Source of the DNA: a virus
Strand: one strand, 5' to 3'
DNA: 37,640 nucleotides
UHGV virus genome: UHGV-1707198
Shown here: in pieces, positions 26,971 to 35,135 of the stretch
Layout of the letters: every line of letters starts with the position of its first letter
Position numbering within the stretch: position 1 is the stretch's first letter
Notes under the pieces: model-generated
Database searches by the model: none
What the model saw: the letters and a program-made list of their open reading frames with translations, nothing else
What the model was told of the DNA's origin: nothing
Program-made: the position numbers and the translations under genes

Positions 26971-27441
26971 GTGAAAGCTGATTTGTCAAAAATCCCTTCT
27001 ATTTCAGGAAATAACAGTTATTCACTTCGTTGTGAGGAAGTAAAGATAAACGGTGAGTCGGCATATTGCAGCTATTCCGTTTGCCAGCACACCATTCTTG
27101 CCTTCAAAGAAAACCGTCTTCCTCGAACTTCTTTCCAGTCGTGCGCAACCGCTATTAAAGCAGGCAAATGCAAGGCGTTAAAAATGATGGTTGAAGAGAT
27201 TCGTAAAGGAGAATCTCTGTATTTTGAAGATATGACCGCACTCATTAAGGAGGTTGAAGAACGGAATAAACAAGCCAGAACTATAAAACGAAAACGTGAC
27301 GGTGTAACGATTAATAGCATGGTTAAGAAGAGCGCCACATCACAAACAGCGATCACTGACGTGTATGCGGCGTTGCTTGAAGAAACAACAAAAGAAACAC
27401 ATGAGCAAATCGATCAACATATGGAGGCAAAACAACAATGA
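26971..27441 (+). CDS. hypothetical Cys-containing protein
   Basis: 156 aa, GTG start; several Cys in the N-terminal 75 residues (C-x12-C-x4-C ... C-x7-C); stop overlaps the ligase start. Confidence 0.4.
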   Translation: MKADLSKIPSISGNNSYSLRCEEVKINGESAYCSYSVCQHTILAFKENRLPRTSFQSCATAIKAGKCKALKMMVEEIRKGESLYFEDMTALIKEVEERNKQARTIKRKRDGVTINSMVKKSATSQTAITDVYAALLEETTKETHEQIDQHMEAKQQ

Positions 27442-28760
27442 AAAAGTTGATCGCACTTAAGCATAAGCTGGACGAAATGAAAGCTATGGGAACCAATGCA
27501 AAAAAAGAGGCATTGGCCAACATGGATGACTTTGAACAAAGCATGGTTTCATTGATGCTCAACCCTTTCATCCGTTTTGGGGTAAAGAAATACAAAGTGG
27601 CAGAGCCGCTTAGTGAGTCCGTCCCAAGTGACGAAAAAGCCATTGATATACTGAATAAGCTGGCCTCTCGCGAGCTAACGGGGAACGCAGCAATAGCAGC
27701 TGTTGAGTCTATCGTGGCGTCAATGTGCGCCGATGGGCAGGACGTGTTCCGTCGTTTCCTCTTAAAAGACCCGAAAGCAGGTGTTGGGATTAGCCTATGC
27801 AACAAGGTTTTTGAAAATCCCATTCCGAAATTCGAGGTGCAGCTGGCGTCACCGTATAAAGAAAAAGGCGACAAATACCCCTTCAAGCCAAATCCTAAAG
27901 CAAAATGGCCGATGATTGGCAGTCTTAAGCTCGATGGTTTGCGAGTAATTTGCGAGGTTATTGTTGACGAGGAAGAGGTTAACTTCCTTTCTCGTACTGG
28001 TAATCCAATCACGTCTCTCGATCACCTAAAGCCAGCAATGCTCGAATTAGGCAAACTTTCAGGCCACAAACACATCTTCTTCGATGGTGAAGGAACAGCC
28101 GGTTCATTTAACCAGTCCGTATCTGCATTGCGCAAAAAGAACGTGCAGGCAATTGGCGCTATTTATCATGTTTTCGACTTCTTCCTACCGGAATGGCGGG
28201 CACAGGCTAAATCCAAAGAGTATGCAAAGACAGGTATGAAGCTGAAAGAGCGCCTGGCTATGCTGGTGGCGTTGTTTAAAAACGATCGCAGTGAAGGCTA
28301 CGCACAAGACATTCACCTGCATCCGTTCTATATCATCCATAGCCACGAAGATTTCATCGAACGCTTCATGAAACGCCTGGACGATAACGAAGAAGGGGAG
28401 ATGGGCAAAAATCCGAACTCTGTTTACGAGTTTAAACGTACCCGCAGCTGGTGGAAGTTAAAAGACGAAGATTCAGAAGATGGTGAAATTATCGACTTTG
28501 AGCCGGGCGACCCGGACTCTGGTTTTGCCAACACGCTTGGAAAAATTGTTATTCGCCTTGAAAACGGTGTGATTGTTCGTGCGAGCGGCATTAAGCATAA
28601 ATATCTGGACGAGATCTGGAACAACAAAGAGAAGTACCGTGGTCGTATTGTCGAGGTTCATTGTCACGAGAAAACGCCGGATGGCAGCTTACGCCACCCA
28701 CGACTGAAATGGCCGCGTTGCTTACGCGATACAGAAGATCGAATCGGAGATAAAGAATGA
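27438..28760 (+). CDS. ATP-dependent DNA ligase
   Basis: 440 aa; KLDGLR matches nucleotidyltransferase motif I (KxDG); FFDGEGTAG and the C-terminal EVHCHEKTPDGSLRHPRLKW region are consistent with motifs III and VI. Confidence 0.65.
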   Translation: MKKLIALKHKLDEMKAMGTNAKKEALANMDDFEQSMVSLMLNPFIRFGVKKYKVAEPLSESVPSDEKAIDILNKLASRELTGNAAIAAVESIVASMCADGQDVFRRFLLKDPKAGVGISLCNKVFENPIPKFEVQLASPYKEKGDKYPFKPNPKAKWPMIGSLKLDGLRVICEVIVDEEEVNFLSRTGNPITSLDHLKPAMLELGKLSGHKHIFFDGEGTAGSFNQSVSALRKKNVQAIGAIYHVFDFFLPEWRAQAKSKEYAKTGMKLKERLAMLVALFKNDRSEGYAQDIHLHPFYIIHSHEDFIERFMKRLDDNEEGEMGKNPNSVYEFKRTRSWWKLKDEDSEDGEIIDFEPGDPDSGFANTLGKIVIRLENGVIVRASGIKHKYLDEIWNNKEKYRGRIVEVHCHEKTPDGSLRHPRLKWPRCLRDTEDRIGDKE

Positions 28761-28936
28761 TGCTCGGCTGGATGATTGCATTTTTAGCAGTTGGTTTTTT
28801 CATCGGTATTGTGGTGATGTCCAGTTGCATTAATGACTACATTAAAAACGGTGTTATAGAAAGACGAGGTCGCATTTATCGCATTGTAGAAATAACCAAC
28901 ACCGTGAAGGAGATTAAGGATGATCGTATTAAGTAA
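28757..28936 (+). CDS. small membrane protein (59 aa, below the ORF-track cutoff)
   Basis: Found by manual translation: MMLGWMIAFLAVGFFIGIVVMSSCINDYIKNGVIERRGRIYRIVEITNTVKEIKDDRIK. ATG overlaps the ligase stop; one predicted transmembrane helix. Confidence 0.35.
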   Translation: MMLGWMIAFLAVGFFIGIVVMSSCINDYIKNGVIERRGRIYRIVEITNTVKEIKDDRIK

Positions 28937-29135
28937 ACGGGAGAAGGAAACGCTTCATGAAATCAGTAAGTGGCCGGAGTTCCCTGAGTACTGGAAGCCT
29001 AAAACGCGAGCTAAGTTAGAGCGGTTAGGGTTGGTTGCAAACGTTTCTGAAACGAAGTGTTCGGCCAACTACCAGTTAACTGATAAAGGGAAAGTATTGC
29101 TACAGCAATTAGTAGAATCAGGAGTGTTAAAATGA
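28920..29135 (+). CDS. hypothetical protein
   Basis: 71-aa soluble ORF with AAGGAG ribosome-binding site; translationally coupled to its neighbours. Confidence 0.35.
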   Translation: MIVLSKREKETLHEISKWPEFPEYWKPKTRAKLERLGLVANVSETKCSANYQLTDKGKVLLQQLVESGVLK

Positions 29136-29285
29136 TTCCATACATCTCATTAGCTTTTATGGGTGGCTTCCTAATCGGCTTCGGCATCTGTCGTGATTTA
29201 ATTAAGCAGGAACTTAAAACCAAAACACTGTGCATCGGAAAGCGTGTGTATCGGGTAGTTCATGAAACAAAGGTTAGAAAATGAG
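29133..29285 (+). CDS. small membrane protein (50 aa), paralogue of 28757..28936
   Basis: Manual translation MIPYISLAFMGGFLIGFGICRDLIKQELKTKTLCIGKRVYRVVHETKVRK; shares the hydrophobic helix and the R-x-Y-R-[IV]-V-x-E-T motif with the 59-aa ORF. Confidence 0.35.
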
Positions 29286-29571
29286 CAATTTAACTTCTTG
29301 GGACTGGTGGTTGGCCACCTATTTCTTAGCGGCCGGAGTCGCATTCGCCTTTTACGTAGGTCAGTTAGTCGTAAAACTGTTGCTGATTAAATTTGCTAGT
29401 CATAAACGTATCGATGATGGTCTGTGGCGTCTTGGCACCCTGGTGGAAACTCGCTACGGGCAACTTAAGGAGAACGAAACCATTACTATCCAGGCGAAAC
29501 GATTCACTGCCACCATCACAAGAACACCTAGTCGTAGAGTGGCCTTGATCAAAAAAGTCACAACCGAATAA
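29281..29571 (+). CDS. small membrane protein
   Basis: 96 aa; ATG overlaps the upstream stop (ATGA); N-terminal transmembrane helix WWLATYFLAAGVAFAFYVG. Confidence 0.4.
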   Translation: MSNLTSWDWWLATYFLAAGVAFAFYVGQLVVKLLLIKFASHKRIDDGLWRLGTLVETRYGQLKENETITIQAKRFTATITRTPSRRVALIKKVTTE

Positions 29572-29580
29572 AAATACAAT

Positions 29581-29602
29581 GATAAGTATTTACTTACTTA
29601 TC
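29581..29602 (+). promoter_or_regulatory. recurrent motif, dyad copy at the head of the non-coding leader before the tRNAs
   Basis: GATAAGTA-tttact-TACTTATC; the 8-bp arms are exact reverse complements. Confidence 0.5.
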
Positions 29603-30349
29603 TTTTGTGTATAAGATGACTTTGTTTTCGTTGAGACGCGACTGTTTGAACTTAAATACAAGTGCAAACGAAGAAGTCTATCTGGCAGTAGCCTAATAAG
29701 CCAAACACCAGCGAGGTCAGTTTCCAGCCTCGTTACCGAAATGGGACACACTGAGCGAGTGTGATTGCAGAACGCAGGAGGGAACATGAATGTTCCCTCC
29801 GATGAAGTAACAGAATGGGCGGTTGGTATATTTTCAACTCCATATGACTCCCGGATTCTTAGCCACTGACCGCCCATCCTGTTACGTCATTTTGTTCAAT
29901 TATGTCGTTTATACTGGGTTAAAAAGCGGCGACGTAGCCCGGCTGGTATGGTTAGCCAGCACACAACGTTGAGGCCATTACATTTTTATCAATTCTAAGG
30001 TTCTATTCACAGAGATACCGGCGAGCGTTGATATGTAACATGTTGGGCAAACATTCAATCGGAGTAGTGGCCTCAACGTTGTGAAGACGGGATTGTTGTG
30101 TAGGTTTAACCACTGTTGCCATTGGTGCCTGTTTTCACAACAAATGATTCCATACATCACATTGTATAAATTACAAAGTAGGTGCTGTCCTCAGAAACAT
30201 CATCTACTTAAAGATTTTGCCTTCTACTATTGAGCGAAGTCGAAAGCGTCTGGCACTAACGAAAAGTGCAAGTAGCGGTGCGTTTCCTGGCAGAAACTAA
30301 ACCGTCGCGATTGGCACTGTTGAGTAATAAATACTGGCAGTGCTGAATT

Positions 30350-30424
30350 GATGGTGTAGCTCAGCGGTAGAGCAGTTGGCTGTTAACCAACTGGTCGGTG
30401 GTTCGAATCCACCCACCATCGCCA
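30350..30424 (+). tRNA. tRNA-Asn (anticodon GTT)
   Basis: Cloverleaf folded by hand: acceptor GATGGTG/CACCATC, D-arm GCTC/GAGC, anticodon stem GTTGG/CCAAC with loop CTGTTAA, T-arm GGTGG-TTCGAAT-CCACC, encoded CCA. Confidence 0.85.
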
Positions 30425-30429
30425 ATTTA

Positions 30430-30516
30430 GGGGAGTTAGTCCGTAGAGGTAGCGGTGTAGACTGTAAATCTACTGTCATGGCGACTCGGGTGGTTCGACT
30501 CCATCACTCCCCACCA
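30430..30516 (+). tRNA. tRNA-Tyr (anticodon GTA), long variable arm
   Basis: Acceptor GGGGAGT/ACTCCCC, anticodon stem GTAGA/TCTAC with loop CTGTAAA, long variable arm, encoded CCA. Confidence 0.8.
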
Positions 30517-30520
30517 AATT

Positions 30521-30596
30521 GCCGGTTTAGCTCAGTTGGTAGAGCAGTCGTTTTGTAAGCGAATGGCCAGCGGTTCAAGTCCGTTAACCGGCACCA
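30521..30596 (+). tRNA. tRNA-Thr (anticodon TGT), probable
   Basis: Acceptor GCCGGTT/AACCGGC, D-arm GCTC/GAGC, T-arm AGCGG-TTCAAGT-CCGTT, anticodon loop TTTGTAA; the anticodon stem has one G-A mismatch and one G-U pair, so identity is less certain. Confidence 0.65.
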
Positions 30597-30604
30597 ACAC
30601 AACA

Positions 30605-30680
30605 GGTAAGAGCATTGGGCGAATCGGCGATACTGACCCACAAGGCCGTAAATCGATAGAGTCAGACCAGTGCTCTTACC
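30605..30680 (+). ncRNA. 76-nt hairpin element in the tRNA spacer (not a canonical tRNA)
   Basis: 10-bp terminal stem GGTAAGAGCA/TGCTCTTACC enclosing 56 nt; a hand-fold as a tRNA fails (no D-arm or T-arm pairing). Related stems occur at 30681..30739 and 30811..30912. Confidence 0.3.
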
Positions 30681-30916
30681 GTTGTGAGGAAGTGCAGCTC
30701 TTTGAAGCAACCAGAAGATAAGCATCTGGCTTCACAACACAACGATAATATCATTACGGTTAATCGTCGTTCATGTGCACAATGACTGGTCGAAAGGTAG
30801 TGATCTTACCATTGTGATGAATGCACAGGCTGATGTGCCGCAACTACAGTAGTGCGCGCTTTGCGGGGCTTGCTACAACCCTGTGTCGGAGTTCAGCACC
30901 GACCATCACAATAGCT

Positions 30917-31003
30917 GGAGAGTAGGGAGCATGGTGCTCAAGCGGTCTTGAAAACCGTCCCATTGTGCAAACGATGATGGTTCGATTCCATTACTCTCCG
31001 CCA
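30917..31003 (+). tRNA. tRNA-Ser (anticodon TGA), long variable arm
   Basis: Acceptor GGAGAGT/ACTCTCC, anticodon stem-loop GCGGT-CTTGAAA-ACCGT closely resembling E. coli tRNA-Ser(UGA) as recalled, T-loop TTCGATT, encoded CCA. Confidence 0.75.
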
Positions 31004-31157
31004 GACACAGCGTTGAGCGGTTTGGCCTTTTAATCAACTCGATTAAGACTCCGCTAACATAAACCAGACCGCTCAACGCTGTGATAGATAATTACGGCAG
31101 ACGTTCTTAACCATAGCTTGCTAACATCCTAGCAACACTTTTTTCAGCGCAAAATTC

Positions 31158-31180
31158 AAAGGGGCTTCGGCCCCTTTTTT
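31158..31180. terminator. bidirectional rho-independent terminator
   Basis: AAAGGGGC-ttcg-GCCCCTTTTTT, with A-run and T-run on either side; sits between the tRNA cluster and the convergent minus-strand gene. Confidence 0.55.
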
Positions 31181-31195
31181 GTTGAACAGTGCAAT

Positions 31196-32458
31196 TTACT
31201 TTACATAGTCGCCCAGTTTTAATATTTCGCGCTTATATTCTTTAACCATGCTACTGGATTCAGTATAAATTCGATTTAAAAGATTATCGCTATCTTTATT
31301 CTCATTTATCTTAATGAGTGATAATTTAAATTCATAGTCATCAAATGCCACAATCAAATGGTGGCCTGGGATTATATCTTCGTCACTCTTGAAGTATATA
31401 TCTTCAAGTATGTAATCTAGTTGATTAGATTTTCTTTTCTCGATGTAATCTTCAGCCATAGCTATTACATCATTCCTGTCATTTAACCTGTTTTTTTCGG
31501 AAGGCACATCTTCGTAATGTTGCACGATTGAACAACCAATAAGGCGTGGGATGTAAACGTCAAAATGAGTAACTCTATCATTCGCGGTTTTAAGTAGTTC
31601 CTCAAAGTAGTTTCTTACATGTAAAGGCAACTTCTCAAAGTAATCATTAATTATAGGAGAACAAGGAGTTTTATAATTCATAAGAACCGACGGTACGAGC
31701 TTTGGGTCTCGAAACATCCAGTCCCTTTTAACGTCCGATGGAACATAATAACTTTTAATGATATTATCAAAATAATTTATCATTCGAGATTTGAATATTT
31801 TGTTGAATCTAAGGTTTATGAATGCATCCAGATAAGGCATATCTGAATAAGCATCATCAAAAAATATTTCATCATTGAAAAAATCATATTTATTTAATAA
31901 ACAACACAGTTTTCCCGAATTAATATGTTCACAATAATCGATCTTTAATCCAAAGATAGCAATGATCAACTTCATCTGAGGTGGGATTTTGAAAATTAAT
32001 TGTGACACATACGCTCTTTTTTCCTTTAGACATTCCCCATCAATATAAAATGAACTATCCACATACTCAAAAATATTAATAATATGCTTCACATACTGTA
32101 TTACCTCATGCTGTTTTACCAATGGGTAATATAGTCTATGTAACTCATCGCTGTTTAAATTAATTTTGCGTTTATCGATAATTTGTTTTGCAAGAAGACA
32201 TAGCTCATCATGTTGATTTAATAAGGAATCAAACCATTGTTTAAATGCACTCTTTCGCATTTCGAACAATGATTCTGTTGTTAATTGAAGGGCTGAAAAA
32301 GCTGCTTTTGCACTTTTTCTCGCTTCGTAGGCATTCCATGCTGTTGCTATAAAAGCAAATGCTGTAGCCAATGTTCCAACAATTTGACCATTTAAAACAA
32401 CCCAATCCCAAAAAATCACGGTGAGCAGTAGTATAATAATGAAAATTAAAAAAGGCAT
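31196..32458 (-). CDS. AT-rich membrane-anchored protein of unknown function
   Basis: 420 aa; N-terminal two hydrophobic helices (FLIFIIILLLTVIFWDWVV and VGTLATAFAFIATAW), then a large Asn/Lys/Tyr/Phe-rich domain. Opposite strand to nearly everything else; very low GC. Confidence 0.5.
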   Translation of the reverse strand: MPFLIFIIILLLTVIFWDWVVLNGQIVGTLATAFAFIATAWNAYEARKSAKAAFSALQLTTESLFEMRKSAFKQWFDSLLNQHDELCLLAKQIIDKRKINLNSDELHRLYYPLVKQHEVIQYVKHIINIFEYVDSSFYIDGECLKEKRAYVSQLIFKIPPQMKLIIAIFGLKIDYCEHINSGKLCCLLNKYDFFNDEIFFDDAYSDMPYLDAFINLRFNKIFKSRMINYFDNIIKSYYVPSDVKRDWMFRDPKLVPSVLMNYKTPCSPIINDYFEKLPLHVRNYFEELLKTANDRVTHFDVYIPRLIGCSIVQHYEDVPSEKNRLNDRNDVIAMAEDYIEKRKSNQLDYILEDIYFKSDEDIIPGHHLIVAFDDYEFKLSLIKINENKDSDNLLNRIYTESSSMVKEYKREILKLGDYVK

Positions 32459-32567
32459 GTATGTATTTCACTCTACTAACTATAAAATATTAGGGTAATG
32501 TTAACCAAACAATGCCTTAATTAATAGATTGATCGAGGCTTTAATAACTTTATAATGCAGACTGCAA

Positions 32568-32589
32568 AGATAAGTATGCACATACCTAT
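32568..32589 (+). promoter_or_regulatory. recurrent motif, copy upstream of the glutaredoxin-like gene
   Basis: GATAAGTA-tgcaca-TACCTATC, one mismatch from a perfect dyad. Confidence 0.45.
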
Positions 32590-32632
32590 CTTCTTTGTGA
32601 GTAAAGTTGCATATCAATTCTATGAGGTAACA

Positions 32633-32878
32633 ATGACGATCACTATCTACGGACGAGATAACTGCTCATACTGCAAACGTGCGGTCGAGCTAGCGAAGCA
32701 ACTAAAGGGACATGGCTACGGTGATTATGAGTACATCGACATCACCACTGCCGGTATCGACAAGGAAAAACTAAGTGAAATTGTTGGTAAACCGGTAGAG
32801 ACTATCCCCCAGGTGCTGATCGAAGGCCAGCCGATTGGCGGATACACAGAACTGGCTGCATACGTCAGCACCCTCTGA
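32633..32878 (+). CDS. glutaredoxin-like protein (NrdH/Grx-type)
   Basis: About 81 aa from the ATG at 32633 (GAGGT ribosome-binding site); ITIYGRDNCSYCKRA contains a CxxC active-site motif after a beta-strand, and the C-terminal TIPQVLIEGQPIGGY is typical of the glutaredoxin fold. Confidence 0.6.
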   Translation: MTITIYGRDNCSYCKRAVELAKQLKGHGYGDYEYIDITTAGIDKEKLSEIVGKPVETIPQVLIEGQPIGGYTELAAYVSTL

Positions 32879-33088
32879 TTTTAACGGCTCACAGGAGCCG
32901 TTTTTATTCCCACCAAACTCACTCCCATTTCCCTTAAAATTCAAAAAACAACGTCAAAATGATTCCATACCTACTATGTATGGAATCATTGCTGAAAATG
33001 AGTTACTTTTACTCTTGATCCTATAAGAATCTATGCCTAATATACTGTTTACTTATACAGTGCATCGGCGTAACTCGGTGATTGTCAT

Positions 33089-34192
33089 ATGAAAAATAGC
33101 TTTGACAGAGCACGCGCTGCGGAGAACACCTCAAAAGAGGCGATAGAGTATCTCGAAAGAGCATCTCAAATGCAGGCCGTTATGATCTCCCAGGTCAGCA
33201 ATGACATGAGATTCTCGGACGCATTCATGTTATTCACTCGCTTATCTCTGCTGATAACCAGACGTCGGCCAGAGATCGCTGTTCATTGTATTTTGATACA
33301 TGTTTTGCCGCACATTGCCGATGTAAAAGTAAGTGACATTAATAGGTTCATGGTGAACCAACTGGTCAACCCACTAATACTGGATGGCAAAATTGTTATG
33401 GGCCGCCGCGTTTTCTCTCTGATGAAGCAGTTCCTTAGCTGGTGCGCCTTCCAGGGGATGATAGACGTGTCACCGTTAAACGATATGTCACTTAACAAAG
33501 TTGCCGGTGGCGCAAAGCCCACACCTCGCGAGCGGAAGCTGACCGACGCAGAGGTATGGGTGTTCTGGAATATATGGGACTACTTCAATGTGTGTGCTGG
33601 TACAAAATGGGCGGCCAGGCTATGTCTTGTATCCGCAAGACGACCTGACGAAGTACTGCGGGCTAAAAAAAGTGAGTTCAATCTTAAGCGTGGGGTTTGG
33701 AATCAAGGCAAGAGGAACAAATCTGCCCGTGAGCATTCTCTGCCTTTAAGCTCATTAATGCGCACTTGTATTGAAGAGTTGTTCGAATATGGTAAAGACA
33801 GCCAGTGGCTCGTGCCTTCGAATAAAAAAATCGGGAAAGACCTTCCTATGTCTAAAGTGGCAATAGCCCAGGCATTACGTCGTATTCTGGAACGACCAGA
33901 ACTGATGGAGCTTGAGCCATTTACACCCCGAGATTTGCGCCGTACTGCGCGTAGTTACTTCCCAGCATTAGGCATAAGCCAGGAGGTATCACGTAAAATC
34001 ATGAACCACAGTCTTGAGGGGATAGATCGGGTCTACGACCGGCACGATTATATGGACGAGATGCGAGACGCCTTAGAAAGTTTCTCGACGTACATCGCAT
34101 CAATCGTAGAGCAACCGGATTTAGACGAAATTGACCACAAATTTAAGGGAGATCGTCTATCAACAGAGCTTATTCGTGTAAATTTTTCATAG
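33089..34192 (+). CDS. tyrosine recombinase / integrase (P4-like catalytic domain)
   Basis: C-terminal motifs RDLRRTARSY ... IMNHS ... RVYDRHDYMDEMR match the R-H-R-Y catalytic signature and the Y-x-R-x-D-Y-x-[DE]-E-R tail of P4-type integrases. N-terminal region is atypical and the ribosome-binding site is weak. Confidence 0.65.
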   Translation: MKNSFDRARAAENTSKEAIEYLERASQMQAVMISQVSNDMRFSDAFMLFTRLSLLITRRRPEIAVHCILIHVLPHIADVKVSDINRFMVNQLVNPLILDGKIVMGRRVFSLMKQFLSWCAFQGMIDVSPLNDMSLNKVAGGAKPTPRERKLTDAEVWVFWNIWDYFNVCAGTKWAARLCLVSARRPDEVLRAKKSEFNLKRGVWNQGKRNKSAREHSLPLSSLMRTCIEELFEYGKDSQWLVPSNKKIGKDLPMSKVAIAQALRRILERPELMELEPFTPRDLRRTARSYFPALGISQEVSRKIMNHSLEGIDRVYDRHDYMDEMRDALESFSTYIASIVEQPDLDEIDHKFKGDRLSTELIRVNFS

Positions 34193-34573
34193 AGACTTTA
34201 TGGCCTCAACAACCTTTTGTGATGCGCCTTTCTCTTTACCGAATCGCTCGTTATATGCAGCAAGAACCTGTTTTTCGTCCTCGTTAAGAGGAGCAGTGCC
34301 TTCTTTGTATAAAAATGCTGCGAGTTCGGGTTGGCGTTCTTCCAGCACCATCATCATAAGACGACTTGGCTCAATGCCCAGTGCCAGCGCCAGCGGACGA
34401 ACCTTATCGATAGGCAAAGGAATTTTGCCGCTTTTAATTAAAGAAAGGTTGTTGGCGTTTTTATACCCAATTGTTTTGGCTATCTGGGCCTGGCTCATAG
34501 GTGAGGATTCAATCAACCCTGCGATAAAAGCAGCGTAGCGACTTTCTATAAATTCAATCTTGTTATCAGACAT
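34187..34573 (-). CDS. HTH-type transcriptional regulator (XRE-like)
   Basis: 128 aa; helix-turn-helix-like segment SQAQIAKTIGYKNANNLSLIKSG; AAAGG ribosome-binding site on the minus strand; convergent with the integrase gene and divergent from the downstream + strand genes. Confidence 0.55.
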   Translation of the reverse strand: MSDNKIEFIESRYAAFIAGLIESSPMSQAQIAKTIGYKNANNLSLIKSGKIPLPIDKVRPLALALGIEPSRLMMMVLEERQPELAAFLYKEGTAPLNEDEKQVLAAYNERFGKEKGASQKVVEAIKSL

Positions 34574-34824
34574 GGTTACAACCTTTGCGCGTTCAATTCT
34601 CTCTGGTAAGTGCTTACCGATATTACATCAAAGGTTAGGGTTGTAAAGCTATTATCATTTTTTTCGATAGGCACTTAAAAGACCGGTTAAAGGCCATTGC
34701 ACGGAGAAAAATTAGCCCAAAACAGGTAAGAAAATCAACTTGCATATGATATGAATGTATTCAGTATTGATACAAATTTTAGTAGTATTCCTTACCATAG
34801 TATAAGTTAGAATGGATTGATTGA

Positions 34825-35037
34825 ATGAACACCACTATTTCCAGCCTAATCGCTCTTGAGATCGGACACGTACAGAAATTAGCTGATGAGTGTGTAGCTG
34901 ACATCCTCACCGATCTACCGAATGAGCAGATTCAGGTTGGTGTGAATGACACAACTGGCTTTATATTCGAACTTAACAACAAACGCTTCACGCTTCTCAA
35001 TACCGGCTCCTGGTCTTTAGCCGTCAGAATCTGTTAA
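34825..35037 (+). CDS. hypothetical protein
   Basis: 70-aa ORF followed by a CTGCGCGAA...TTCGCGCAG hairpin at about 35050..35085. Confidence 0.3.
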   Translation: MNTTISSLIALEIGHVQKLADECVADILTDLPNEQIQVGVNDTTGFIFELNNKRFTLLNTGSWSLAVRIC

Positions 35038-35135
35038 CCCCTCTTCTCCCTGCGCGAATGGCTTAGTTCCCTGTTCGCGCAGTGCTACATTAAACACACT
35101 AGTAAATAATTTGTTTTCATAACAAAGGATTAGCC

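Noticed and set aside
27353-28012. 219-aa minus-strand ORF overlapping the ligase and the upstream gene
   Set aside because: The + strand ligase has clear catalytic motifs (KxDG and others); the antisense ORF has none and spans a gene junction.
29572-30349. Retron-like or CRISPR-leader-like non-coding RNA locus
   Set aside because: No reverse transcriptase or cas gene nearby; the inverted repeats are noted but cannot be assigned to a known ncRNA class from sequence alone.
30605-30680. Possible fifth tRNA: 76 nt with a 10-bp terminal stem, exactly tRNA length
   Set aside because: A hand-fold gives no D-arm or T-arm pairing and no T-loop-like sequence, so it is kept only as an unexplained hairpin. 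tRNAscan-SE or ARAGORN would settle it.
32879-33088. attP core next to the integrase
   Set aside because: No repeat or tRNA-3'-end identity could be established within the window; locating att needs the host junctions or a comparison genome.
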